Positions 16,769-26,320 of a stretch of DNA of 40,440 nt are shown piece by piece. Positions within the stretch are counted from its first letter, which is position 1; each line of letters starts with the position of its first letter. This DNA comes from Patescibacteria group bacterium (lineage in GTDB: Bacteria > Patescibacteriota > Microgenomatia > UBA12405 > JAHJSD01): positions 1 through 40,440 of the forward strand of contig JAHJSD010000024.1 in assembly GCA_018830585.1 (NCBI GenBank), given 5' to 3'. The notes under the pieces are model-generated. The model made no database searches. It had not been told where the DNA came from and was given only the letters and a program-made list of their open reading frames with translations. The translations under genes and the position numbers were made by a program.

Positions 16769-17695
16769 TTAGAGGCCATAAATTACTAAAACCAAAAGTA
16801 ATCCCCAACTGACAACAACCGACAAAAGAGGAATATCCGAAGCCAATAAAATTTCCGGTCTTTCCCCTCTTTGTTTCTCAAAAACAAGTTGAGAGTAACG
16901 CATAATTCCGAAAATCACGGGGAAAACAGTAATCATCAGCCACTTCCTGCCGATAAGATAAGGCATATTTTTGACTAAGAAATTAACTCCTCCCGGATGG
17001 GTAAACTTAGGCGGCTCTGCCAAATAGGCGAAAAGAGAATAAGAAATTAATGTCGCCACTGAAAAAACAGAGCTGTAAAAGTTCAAAAGATTTTCAGTGT
17101 AACCGCTGAGGCTGGGCCGGGTCTTCTTACCGGTAGAAACAAGCTCGCTTAATCTTTTCCCGCTGGCGATAAAAAGCGACAAAAAAACCACGGTGAACAT
17201 CAGCCAAATAGGCAAATGATAGCCGGTAGCCATTTCCCCGCCTAAGGTGCGCAGGATAAAAGAAAAAGAAATCGAGAGTATATCTAAAATGACTATCTTC
17301 TTAAGGTAAAAAGAGTAAGACAGATGAAGAATTAAAAAGGCCACCATCAAAATGAAAAAGCCAAAGCTGAGCGAGGAAGCCAAAATAAAGCTTAGAACAA
17401 TCAAAAAGAAAGCTGTCGCCGCCGCGGTTCTTTGGGAAAGATCCCCCCGAGCAATAGGGCGGTGTTTTTTCCGGGGATGAAGCCGGTCATAAGGAATGTC
17501 AACGATGTCGTTGACCAAATAAGAAGCGGAAGAGAGCAAGCAGAAAATAATAAAGGCTAAAACCGTCTTTGATAAAAGATCCCGGTCCAATAATTTGCCG
17601 TTAAAAAGGATCGCCGCAAAAACAGAAAGGTTTTTGAGCCACTGAAAAGGCCTAAGCGACTGAAGCAATGGTCCGAACTTTTTAAAAATGGACAC
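16769..17695 (-). CDS. UbiA-family prenyltransferase, decaprenyl-phosphate phosphoribosyltransferase type
   Basis: LRP.QWLKNL.VF, YLVNDIVD..YDR.HP.K..RPIA.G, GKR..E, FGI.RY. Confidence 0.9.
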   Translation of the reverse strand: MSIFKKFGPLLQSLRPFQWLKNLSVFAAILFNGKLLDRDLLSKTVLAFIIFCLLSSASYLVNDIVDIPYDRLHPRKKHRPIARGDLSQRTAAATAFFLIVLSFILASSLSFGFFILMVAFLILHLSYSFYLKKIVILDILSISFSFILRTLGGEMATGYHLPIWLMFTVVFLSLFIASGKRLSELVSTGKKTRPSLSGYTENLLNFYSSVFSVATLISYSLFAYLAEPPKFTHPGGVNFLVKNMPYLIGRKWLMITVFPVIFGIMRYSQLVFEKQRGERPEILLASDIPLLSVVVSWGLLLVLVIYGL

Positions 17696-17829
17696 AGCAG
17701 TTTTATTTTAACCAATCTCAAAAAACTAAACAAGACGGGTTTGTCTTTGGCAACATGATTCACTCTGCAAAGAAGGGCCTGGATGCTGGAAAAAAGAGAC
17801 GCTCCGCCAAGTCTGACTTGGCTTCGATA

Positions 17830-17905
17830 GATTCTTCGCTACGCTCCGTACCGCCACAGTGTGTACCCTGGTGGTTTCCCGTCTGGTACAGGACTACGCT
17901 CAGAA
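17830..17905. repeat. Half family C unit interrupted by a hairpin insert flanked by CTACGCTC direct repeats
   Basis: CTACGCTC at 17839-17846 and 17894-17901. Confidence 0.7.
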
Positions 17906-18015
17906 TTGTAAATGTTACATGTTTCGGTAACAAATTTTTAAAGAACAAAAAGTCCTGTTATGCCAATAAACAGACAGTACAATCTTCCAAGAGCGTACTA
18001 CTTCCCGAGGTGTCA

Positions 18016-18127
18016 TATAGTGCCCGCAAAACAAAAACGGATGTTTAAAGTTTAAACATTTTGGGCACAAGTTGAACTTACAAACAAGACATCACAAATT
18101 ACCGAAATTTGTTTTGCGGTTGCTATA
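18016..18127 (+). mobile_element. 112-bp IS630-derived MITE
   Basis: Ends TATAGTGCCCGCAAAACAAA and TTTGTTTTGCGGTTGCTATA match the IS630 TIRs; no ORF; internal palindrome ATGTTTAAA-G-TTTAAACAT. Confidence 0.88.
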
Positions 18128-18295
18128 TCTACCAATACCGGGGGTGTACCAACAGTATCTGTAAAGAAAATACTGAAACATTTTGAAAGGTATGGTAATT
18201 ACAAGCAGTTGGCAGTCCATCACATTTGGGAGGATTTATGGTAGAAACGAAGGAACGAGCATCTTCCTTGGTTAAAAAAGCTGACAAGGGTTTAA
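18128..18295 (+). pseudogene. 3' remnant of a gene, tentatively HhH-GPD DNA glycosylase-like
   Basis: Reads VSVKKILKHFERYGNYKQLAVHHIWEDLW*KRRNEHLPWLKKLTRV*; internal TAG at 18242; family assignment is from recall only. Confidence 0.35.
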
Positions 18296-18386
18296 TATTA
18301 TAATTATACGGGGTTATCGCACATAAAACGGAAGATAAAAAAAGACAAGACTTAAGATAAGGTCACTGTTTTGGAAATTACTGAGC

Positions 18387-19519
18387 TATAGCGCCCGCAA
18401 AACAAATTTACCACATTTAGTTGTATAACGGATATGTGTTAAAACCTGTCCAGATAACACAAGAGGAAAAAGAATTATTGGTAGATTGGTATCGCAGTGG
18501 AGTAAGCGCTTTAACGAGAAGTAGAGCCCATGCTGTCTTAATGAATAATCAAGGGCTCAACGCGTGTAAAATAGCCAGATTGCTTCTTAGAAATTACAAG
18601 ACAGTCAGAACTTGGCTGTCTTTATTCGGGAAAGGCAGAATAAGCAGCCTTTTTCCAAGATACAGCGGTAATAATAACGCTGGAAAATTAACTCTGAGTC
18701 AGAAAGAAGAAATCAGGAAGGTGTTATCTCAACCACCTTCAAAATATGGAATCCCAAAAAAGTTCTGGCAGGTCAAGGATTTAAAAAAATGGATTAAAGC
18801 AGGGTTCGGAGTAATTTATGAATCAGACAGAAGCTATCACTTTCTTTTTAAGCTGGGCAGGTTCAGTTGGAAGTTGCCTGACAAGTTTGATATTAAGCGT
18901 GATGACCAGTTTGTAAAAAGAAGAATTAAAGAGATTAGAAAAGAGATAAAACCTTTTTTAATTTCACCAGACTGGGTCGTTCTTACCGGCGATGAAACAA
19001 GACTTGTTTGGGAGAATGAATCAAGAAGAGCCTGGTTGAAAACTAATCAAAAGACAATTCTAAAAGTAAATCGGAGCAGAGATTACCAATCATTTTTAGG
19101 AAGCTTAAACCTAAAAACAAAGAAATGCCATCTTCATTCCTTGTCCTGGCATCCTGGCAAAACCAAGGAGAAACGATAAAAGCTCTAAAGAGGATTAAGA
19201 AATACTATCCAAACAAAAACATCTGTCTTATCTGGGATAACGCTGGATGGCATAAAGGCAAACTAATCAGAAAAGAACTAGGAAGAAGTGGGGATTTAAC
19301 TAATTTTCACTTAATCAACTTTCCTCCTTATGCTCCAGATACCAATCCTCAAGAGCATATTTGGAAATATATTAAAAACAGAATTGCTCACCAGCCAACC
19401 ACCAGTTTTAAGCAAAAAGTCAACAATTTTAAACTATCAGTAATTCACAGAAAATTTAACTATCAAATCTGATGAAATCAACTTGTTAAAAACAGGGAAT
19501 TTGATTTGCGGTTGCTATA
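18387..19519 (+). mobile_element. IS630-family insertion sequence
   Basis: TIRs TATAGCGCCCGCAAAACAAATT / rc TATAGCAACCGCAAATCAAATT (19/22), TA at both ends, IS630 transposase inside. Confidence 0.93.
18421..19472 (+). pseudogene. IS630 transposase split by a frameshift (ORFs 18421-19179 and 19125-19472)
   Basis: HTH (RAHAVLM..TVRTW), winged helix, GDET, WDNAGWH, PPYAPDTNPQEHIW; tandem TCCTGGCA at 19144-19159. Confidence 0.9.
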
Positions 19520-19568
19520 GAGCCTCTTCCTCCTTCTACCCCCCCCTTTTTTTTACCAGTGCCATCTT

Positions 19569-19614
19569 ACCTCTACAATTAATTCGTACTGATGAGTCCA
19601 AAAGGGCGAAAGGT
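19569..19614 (+). ncRNA. Type III hammerhead ribozyme
   Basis: ACCU-C-UAC-AAUUAAUUC-GUA-CUGAUGA-GUCC-AAAA-GGGC-GAA-AGGU: complete core and three stems. Confidence 0.78.
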
Positions 19615-19792
19615 TTCTAAATTCTTATAAACTAAAACCCGGCCAAAATTAAACTTTCCTCCATTCTTCCATAAAATGTAAACTCCCTTACCCCCTCCCT
19701 AATTGTCCGAGTAGTGACCAACCAGGGGAGCCAAAGCCCTGCCTGCCGGCAAGCCCACCCGCAGTGGGTAAACGGGCTAAAAAAGAATGGGT

Positions 19793-21079
19793 TTACCTCG
19801 CTGAAATCTGATGAAGACGAAATAGTTGTTTAGAAAGTCTTATCGAATAATTAATCCCACGATCCCAGGGAAAAATATGGTTCGGAGTGGCCCAATAGAT
19901 TTTGTCCGGAATTAGTTCCAAAGACGGTTTTATGGCAGAATAGCCGGTGGGGATAATCGGTTGAGCGCAAAGATCAGAGAAAACATTAACACCGATCAAA
20001 AACTTTTCAAAATCCGCATTTATCTTTTTAAGACCGGGGGAGAAACTTTTTAGAACCTGCCCGGCGCTTTGTTTAAAAATCGGGTCTTCTTGGGAGTAAT
20101 AACCGCCGACATAAACTAAATTTTCCCCGCCGTAGTTGCCGGCATCAACTAAATTGGTTTGCTCTACTATGACAATAAAAGGAAAGCCTGTGTCTAAAAT
20201 GTTAAGCCAGTAGGTCCCTTGAGGTAAAAATGGCTTTTTCATTCTTAAAATCAGGTTTAACGCTCCAATCATTTTTAGTTTACCGAACTTTTTCAGCGCC
20301 GGTTCGGGAAGAATATCTTTAACTATTTTTAAAGCTTTTGGCAAAGGCAAAGTCAAAAAGATTTTGTCGACCAATGCCGAACGACGCTTTGACTTAATCA
20401 GCCAGCTGTTTCCGGCCGGCCCTATCTTTAAAACCGGATCGTCAAGAAAAAGTCGGTTATTCTTTCCTATCTGCTTGGCAATCAGGTCAAACATCTGTTT
20501 ATTTCCCCCGTTTAAATAACCCAACTGCTGACTTCTCACCTTGATCCTCGACCAAAGCCAGGAAAAAGAAACCTCTTTGGAAAACCGATCAAACTTTCCT
20601 TCCATTAATCGTCCCCAAATTTCCTGCCAACCATTATTACCAATAAGTTTTGGAAAAATATCTGAAGCCCGGTAATTTTCAAAAAAACCAAAATAAGGCA
20701 ACTGGCGCAAAAGAAAAAGTACCGTACCCATCCTCAGCTTGTCAAAAACCGTTAAGTTCGGGAATCTTAAAAAGTCAAAAAGATTGTCAAAAGGGGAAAT
20801 CCGGCCATGGCTATAAACAGAAGTTTTTGTTTCCCGGTAAACTAATTTGTCAATCAATCCCAATTCCGTCAACAACTCTTTAACCAAATCATCAGAAGTA
20901 AAAAAATGGTGGAAAAAGCCTTCCAGGGGCCAGCGCCACGTTTTCTCCCTCAGGCTTCTTGACAATCCCCCTAATTCTTTTTCCGCCTCAAAAAGGCAAA
21001 TTTCATCTTTACCCTTTTTGGAAATTTCCCTGGCCAAAAATAATCCGGTAATACCTCCGCCGACAATGCCTAATTTCAT
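19793..21079 (-). CDS. FAD-dependent oxidoreductase (amine oxidase/protoporphyrinogen oxidase-like family)
   Basis: GIVGGGITG dinucleotide fold, E...LGGL, FFHHFF.SD, P.DRGINY. Confidence 0.85.
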   Translation of the reverse strand: MKLGIVGGGITGLFLAREISKKGKDEICLFEAEKELGGLSRSLREKTWRWPLEGFFHHFFTSDDLVKELLTELGLIDKLVYRETKTSVYSHGRISPFDNLFDFLRFPNLTVFDKLRMGTVLFLLRQLPYFGFFENYRASDIFPKLIGNNGWQEIWGRLMEGKFDRFSKEVSFSWLWSRIKVRSQQLGYLNGGNKQMFDLIAKQIGKNNRLFLDDPVLKIGPAGNSWLIKSKRRSALVDKIFLTLPLPKALKIVKDILPEPALKKFGKLKMIGALNLILRMKKPFLPQGTYWLNILDTGFPFIVIVEQTNLVDAGNYGGENLVYVGGYYSQEDPIFKQSAGQVLKSFSPGLKKINADFEKFLIGVNVFSDLCAQPIIPTGYSAIKPSLELIPDKIYWATPNHIFPWDRGINYSIRLSKQLFRLHQISAR

Positions 21080-21101
21080 CGAGTTTTATTTTATTTAACC
21101 T

Positions 21102-21941
21102 TTAAAAAAGGAAAAGGAGTCCTCCCAAGGCAACTATCGAACCGAGGATAATCAGGAACTGGGAGGGGAAGAAAACTCCTGCCGGGGGCAGTTCTATCCT
21201 GGTCGGGGTCGCCGTCGGAGTGTAAACAATAGTCGGCGTGTTGGTGGATACCGGAGTACCGGTTGGGGTATTAGTCGGAGTTGAGGTTGGTACCGGAGTT
21301 CCGGTTGGAGTGTTGGTCGGGGTATTGGTAGGCACCGGAGTACCCGTTGGTGTGTTAGTCGGAGTAGGGGTGGCGGTTGGTGTTGATGTTGGTACCGGAG
21401 TACCGGTAGGCGTATTGATTGGCGTGTTAGTTGGTTTTAGGGTGTTGGTAGGAGTGTTAGTGGGCGTATTAGTCAGAGTAATGGTCGGTCTTGGAGTACT
21501 AGTCGGGGTCGGGGTAGGAATAGTAGTCGGAGTCGGGCTGTTAGTTGGAGTTGGAGTAGGACAAAGACAATCTTGCCGATCGGAACATTCAGAGTTGGCG
21601 CAACGGCCATTAATACAGTCTAGGGAGGAAGGACACTCTTCTTCACGCTCGCAACGATCCCAGCATTCCGGAATTTGAGTCGGGGTTGGAGTCGGCTTGT
21701 AAACGTTAAATCGAAGAACACAGGGCTGTTCTTCCTGCGCGGATGATTCCGACGGAGCGGTAGGAGCTATCGGTTCTTCCCGCAGTTGATAAAGCTTAAC
21801 CGCGCTGATAATCGCGATTGCCGCCAGTAATGCGGTCGAAAAAAGTACCGCAAACAAACCAGCGCGGGAAATTTTCTTTTTCTTGCCGGTAACACCTTGC
21901 TCCGGCAAAAATTCGTCTCTTGGTTTTTCAATCAAGTCCAT
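21102..21941 (-). CDS. Pro/Thr-repeat surface protein with a Cys-rich module and C-terminal LPPAG + TM
   Basis: N-terminal TM, C-x3-C-x5-C-x4-C-x4-C module, [10 protein letters not shown] repeats, IELPPAG followed by a hydrophobic tail. Confidence 0.8.
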   Translation of the reverse strand: MDLIEKPRDEFLPEQGVTGKKKKISRAGLFAVLFSTALLAAIAIISAVKLYQLREEPIAPTAPSESSAQEEQPCVLRFNVYKPTPTPTQIPECWDRCEREEECPSSLDCINGRCANSECSDRQDCLCPTPTPTNSPTPTTIPTPTPTSTPRPTITLTNTPTNTPTNTLKPTNTPINTPTGTPVPTSTPTATPTPTNTPTGTPVPTNTPTNTPTGTPVPTSTPTNTPTGTPVSTNTPTIVYTPTATPTRIELPPAGVFFPSQFLIILGSIVALGGLLFLF

Positions 21942-21944
21942 TTT

Positions 21945-23144
21945 TTATCTCCAGCCTAATTTGGGGCTAAAAACCTGCGCTTCTACTGTCTGTTCCCCTT
22001 CCCTTTCTATTTGGTATTCGATCTGAAACTCTTCGCCTCTGCGATCGGTAGTCTCCTGCCATTCACCCCGGTTAACTTTAAACCTGGCTTTGGTCAATCC
22101 GTCAGGATCATCCGTCTCACCCAAAACAGTAAAGTGAACTCTGTCGCCCAGTTTCAAAGAGATATCGTCGGTGATCTCGTTCCAGTCGTAGTCATACATT
22201 TTAACCTTCAAACATCGGCAGGAATAAATCGGCATTGGGGTCGGAGTGTTAGTTGGAGTACTGGTGGGGGTGTTAGTTGGAGTATTAGTAGGAGCGTTGG
22301 TTGGAGTCGGTCCTTCCATGGTTACCGTAGCAACATCTTTACAGGCGGATTCGGACCAATAACCACCCCCCGGTTTTTTGGTTTTCCCCTCAATGGTATA
22401 AACACCAGGCGACTGCGGGGAATAATTACAAACATATCCGCCGCTACAGGGGACTCTAATTTCTTTTGAAAGGCCGCCCGGGCCAGAGATAAAAAAGTCA
22501 ACGTCTTCGCTTAAAACACCGCTATGATTATGAAAACCGGCTATATTAAAACTGCTCCCCTGAGTGATGGTTTTGACATCGCCCCAAGGATCAGAGCTGT
22601 TTTTCTGAACCTGAGCCTGGGTGCTGGTAAAAGGGCAGCCCGACTGAGGTGTCGGAGTAGTTCCGGAAGGCACCGTCGGCGTAGGCGGCTGCTCCGAGGG
22701 AAAGTACCAGATCTTGTTGTTGCAGCGGCTGCAGACAACACCGTCAACCGTCTTACCTGACAAAATATCGCTCCTTATTTGGGTGCAATTATTAACCAAG
22801 CAATCATGGTTGATATTCGACTCCTTGGCGATAACGTCAAAATCACCGTCATTGTCGCTGTCGCTGCAAAACTGGATGTAAATTTTACCCCTGTTGGTCA
22901 TTGCTAAATTTTTTCCGGGACCGTCGCTGGCCCAGATACAGTTCTCGTCACAAACATCCCCAGGGTGAACCACCCGGCAGCAACAGGAAGATCCTGCCGG
23001 GACTAAACCCTCACAACCGTTAGGAACTCCACCCGCAGCGCTATTGCGAATATCCTGCTCCCTTTTAAGCAGAAAAAGGCCTCCGGCTATTGCTATCATA
23101 GCCAGAAGAAGTAAAGAGAAGATTAATAATTTTTTGTTAGCCAT
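21945..23144 (-). CDS. Secreted or anchored Cys-rich protein with PT linkers and beta-rich domains
   Basis: N-terminal hydrophobic segment, many Cys, PTNTPT repeats, C-terminal Ig-like segment. Confidence 0.75.
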   Translation of the reverse strand: MANKKLLIFSLLLLAMIAIAGGLFLLKREQDIRNSAAGGVPNGCEGLVPAGSSCCCRVVHPGDVCDENCIWASDGPGKNLAMTNRGKIYIQFCSDSDNDGDFDVIAKESNINHDCLVNNCTQIRSDILSGKTVDGVVCSRCNNKIWYFPSEQPPTPTVPSGTTPTPQSGCPFTSTQAQVQKNSSDPWGDVKTITQGSSFNIAGFHNHSGVLSEDVDFFISGPGGLSKEIRVPCSGGYVCNYSPQSPGVYTIEGKTKKPGGGYWSESACKDVATVTMEGPTPTNAPTNTPTNTPTSTPTNTPTPMPIYSCRCLKVKMYDYDWNEITDDISLKLGDRVHFTVLGETDDPDGLTKARFKVNRGEWQETTDRRGEEFQIEYQIEREGEQTVEAQVFSPKLGWR

Positions 23145-23219
23145 TAGTTAAAGCTTATCTTAAAAAAAATTTACCAGTTTAAGAGCAAAACCGCCAGAAG
23201 CGGAATGTTACTTAGCCTA

Positions 23220-24923
23220 CTAAATTAACTGAGCCAAGACTGTTAAAAATAAAACCGCGCCGCCGACAATCACAAATAGAGTTGGCCCAAAGAACCCCGT
23301 TTCAGGAACACCGGACTCCGTTGAGGGCAAAGTTACTTCAGCAGTCGGCGTTGCCGTCGGTGTCAATGTCGGTGATAGAGTCGAAGATAGGGTCGGAGAT
23401 ATCTCCACCGCCGGAGTCGGCTCCAAGGTCGGCGTTGCCGTCGGTTCCGGTGTTGGAGTCGGAACGGGAGTGTCGGTCGGCAATAATGTCGGAGTAACCG
23501 TCCCGCCTGAAGGAGTGGCGGAAAAAGAAGGATTATCGTCAGTCATTTCTGCCGCCAGAATAAAAGTTCTGATAAATGTTTCTTCCGCGCCGGAAAGCGG
23601 ATCAATATGGGTTACCGTCAACTTATGCTCGCCGGGGTCAAGATTGTCGGGGGGCGACCAACGCCAATCCCCGCTCTCATCGATCGTCAGCTCAGCCTGG
23701 TAGAGAGCCTCGGACTCCAAGGTGATTTTAACAATACCGCCGCTCGGCCCGGTCCCAAAAATTTCAGGCCGGAAGAAGTGTAACATCTCGCCATCCTCAG
23801 GATTAATGATTTCAAAAGGTCTGTTTCCGGTAAAACCGACTATCTCGCCTAAGCGGGAAGCTCCCGCCGAAGCGGCCGTCTGCTTAATGGAATCGGAAGG
23901 CCCGGCAAAACTCTCTTGAGTGAAATCATAATCATTTCCTAAAATGATCTCCGGCACAGGGTCGTCGTCTTTGGCATAAACCAAGGCCGTAGCCGTTCCG
24001 CCGAGAACACCCTGAACAAAAATTTCTTCCACCGAAAAATCATCCTGCTGATCAGCTAAGCGGGTTAAATCCTCAGAAAAAGCTTTGGCCAGAGAAACCG
24101 CCCAATTACCCTGGTTTGTTACCAAAGAGGACAAGGGAGCAAAATTTTCCGCTTTAAGGTAAACGATTGCCCCCTCGGCAATTTCACCATCAAAATTTTT
24201 AACTACTCCGGAAGCCAAATTAGCAATCGGCAACTCTCCAAAAAAAGCCGAGGCCGTCTTGACCTTATAAGGCTGGCCTGCCGACTCGCCAAACTGGACT
24301 CCGCCGGAAAGAATCATAAACCGGTATTCTTTTCCGCTTTCCAACCCCTCAACAATGATATAATGGGTAGTAAACCTATCTTTCCCACTAATCTCAGTTC
24401 TGAAATCGCTAAAAAGCCTTTGGTACTTATCGTCCAAAACTTGCACCAGGCCGGTGGTCTCCCGGGAAGTAAACCAAGAAGCGGTAAAGGAATTATCGGT
24501 GACATTGGTAGTTCTAACCTCAGACGGAGCAACAGCTTCCTGCGCTCTGAACCAAAATACTCTTCTCCCCCCGATAAAAAACAAAACAACCACTAGGCTC
24601 AAAACCAAAAAAAGGCCCACCAAGGTAGGGATTCTTCTTTCCCGTTTCAGTTTTGAGAAAAACCCGGGGGAGTCGTCACTACCGCCTTCCTGTTGCTTAA
24701 GAAGCCCGGAAACCGGAACTGCGCCACCGCCACTTCTGTCTTGAAGAGATTCAGTAGAAAGCGTATTTTTATTGACTCCCAAACCGGTTTCAGAAACCGT
24801 CTCCTTTAAACCGGAAAGCGGCAGATATTCCTCGCCGCCCTGAAATAAAGACTCCGGTTTCGCCTCAGAAGTTTCATTCTTTTTCCTGCGATAAAATTTC
24901 TTTTTGATTTTCATATTTGCCAA
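23220..24923 (-). CDS. Surface protein with FN3-like and Ig-like domains, PT linker and VPETG + TM; true start may be downstream
   Basis: VRTTNVTDNSFTASW..H...V.GL..G..Y.F (FN3-like), D.SG.W.W.P...L.PG.H (Ig-like), GVPETG then a hydrophobic C-terminus. Confidence 0.8.
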   Translation of the reverse strand: MANMKIKKKFYRRKKNETSEAKPESLFQGGEEYLPLSGLKETVSETGLGVNKNTLSTESLQDRSGGGAVPVSGLLKQQEGGSDDSPGFFSKLKRERRIPTLVGLFLVLSLVVVLFFIGGRRVFWFRAQEAVAPSEVRTTNVTDNSFTASWFTSRETTGLVQVLDDKYQRLFSDFRTEISGKDRFTTHYIIVEGLESGKEYRFMILSGGVQFGESAGQPYKVKTASAFFGELPIANLASGVVKNFDGEIAEGAIVYLKAENFAPLSSLVTNQGNWAVSLAKAFSEDLTRLADQQDDFSVEEIFVQGVLGGTATALVYAKDDDPVPEIILGNDYDFTQESFAGPSDSIKQTAASAGASRLGEIVGFTGNRPFEIINPEDGEMLHFFRPEIFGTGPSGGIVKITLESEALYQAELTIDESGDWRWSPPDNLDPGEHKLTVTHIDPLSGAEETFIRTFILAAEMTDDNPSFSATPSGGTVTPTLLPTDTPVPTPTPEPTATPTLEPTPAVEISPTLSSTLSPTLTPTATPTAEVTLPSTESGVPETGFFGPTLFVIVGGAVLFLTVLAQLI

Positions 24924-25008
24924 AAACAGGCCAGCGTGGCCACCACCCCATTTTATACTTTACGGCTCTTTTATCTTTATAAAACAAATACAATAAAAGA
25001 GGGATGTT

Positions 25009-25350
25009 TTAAGGGTTCAGTTCCAGGCTAGACCCTGAATCAGTCGCTACCTCACTCTCCCCGGTAATAGTTTGGGCGGGAGCCGGGGTAACGGTTGACT
25101 CGACCGAAGTTGGTTCCGGCAGTAAATAGCTCTCGACTTCTTCTGGCCGGTATTCCCGCTTCTCCTCGATACTCTCCAGGACTGTCAGATCTAATTTCGG
25201 ATCAATCGGAGTAATTAACTGGTCTACTTTTTTAATTTCTTCCCTTTTGGTAAGTTCGCGGTAACTTTCCAAAGCAATCCAGAAAAGAACCGTAAACAAG
25301 GTCATTGCGGCAACAAAGATTATTCTCTTATATTTTCTTTTTTGTTTCAT
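25009..25350 (-). CDS. Single-TM hypothetical protein in the pilP-like position
   Basis: N-terminal TM, ITPIDPKLD..VL; lies downstream of pilO-like gene. Confidence 0.6.
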   Translation of the reverse strand: MKQKRKYKRIIFVAAMTLFTVLFWIALESYRELTKREEIKKVDQLITPIDPKLDLTVLESIEEKREYRPEEVESYLLPEPTSVESTVTPAPAQTITGESEVATDSGSSLELNP

Positions 25351-25426
25351 CGGCTAACTCCAATTGAAGCTCCGAGGGTTATTAACCATCGGATTCTTAC
25401 TTCATATTGTAAACATTGCCATAATC

Positions 25427-25626
25427 AAAAGCTGAAATCCCTGTCTGCTCGCCTCGCGGCGAAGCGGACCGACAGGCAGGCGCCAACTTGTCAACCGAAG
25501 CTTCAGCGAAGGCTGAAGCGAAAATTACCCTTACCCCCGAATCACTATCCAACCGAGACTTAATCCACCAGCTGGCGGACCTCGGATCCCAAAGGGATCC
25601 CTTCAGGATTTTCGCGAAGGCGGATA
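25427..25626. repeat. Composite nested palindromic repeat
   Basis: E palindrome 25440-25480 with a central insert; GGATCCCAAAGGGATCC; homologous to 16652-16768. Confidence 0.8.
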
Positions 25627-25636
25627 AAAACCCGGT

Positions 25637-26320
25637 TTACCAACCGGACTGCCAATAATTCAGCTCGCCTGCTAAAGTTAAGTTTAAAACCCGCTCTTCT
25701 TCTTTCTTATCTTTCTTATCTTTAGAAATCTGGTACTGGTTAATTGCTATCCATCTTCTTACCCTCGTTAATTGATCGATAAAACTTCTTATATCAAAAT
25801 AGTCACCTTTGCCGCTAAAGTTAAAGGCTAAAGTTTTTAGATTTTGATCCTTCTGAACAGCTTTAGCTTTTTTATTTTTCTCTTCCGAACCGGACAGGTT
25901 AACTCTGGAAAAACCCAAGCCTCTTAATGACAAACTGCTCTCCTGGGCACTGCCTACCAGTTGAGAAATACCCTGGGCAATACCAAGGTCATCAGGAAGA
26001 AAACTGTCAACTAAGCTTACTCTCGTCTGTGCGACAGAATAAATCTGCTGCGCTTCAATCAAGTCATTTATCTTTTTCTGCATCTTGACACTGATCTCTT
26101 CTTTTTCCCTGATCTTGCCAACCAGTCCGGAAACGGTCACCGCTGCCGGTTTGACGGCAAAAAATGAAAAAAAGGCAACAATGAACAAGGTCAAGGCTAC
26201 CTCGGTATACTGCCAAGCTTCTTTTTTCTCCCGGTATTTTCTAATTATCTTATCCAGTTCTTTCCTGACTTTTTTCCGGTAAGCAGCAATAGCGCTGGCC
26301 TCTCCAATTTTTCTAAGCAT
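25637..26320 (-). CDS. pilO: PilO-like type IV pilus alignment protein
   Basis: TM, coiled coil, LP, then G.Y..I..FI..L....R pattern; overlaps pilN-like gene. Confidence 0.7.
   Translation of the reverse strand: MLRKIGEASAIAAYRKKVRKELDKIIRKYREKKEAWQYTEVALTLFIVAFFSFFAVKPAAVTVSGLVGKIREKEEISVKMQKKINDLIEAQQIYSVAQTRVSLVDSFLPDDLGIAQGISQLVGSAQESSLSLRGLGFSRVNLSGSEEKNKKAKAVQKDQNLKTLAFNFSGKGDYFDIRSFIDQLTRVRRWIAINQYQISKDKKDKKEEERVLNLTLAGELNYWQSGW

Noticed and set aside
17960..18015. MPINRQYNLPRAYYF resembling the N-terminus of a REP-associated tyrosine transposase
   Set aside because: Too short, and no HUH motif is visible
21238..21678. Val/Gly-repeat ORF on the plus strand
   Set aside because: Antisense shadow of the Pro/Thr repeat gene
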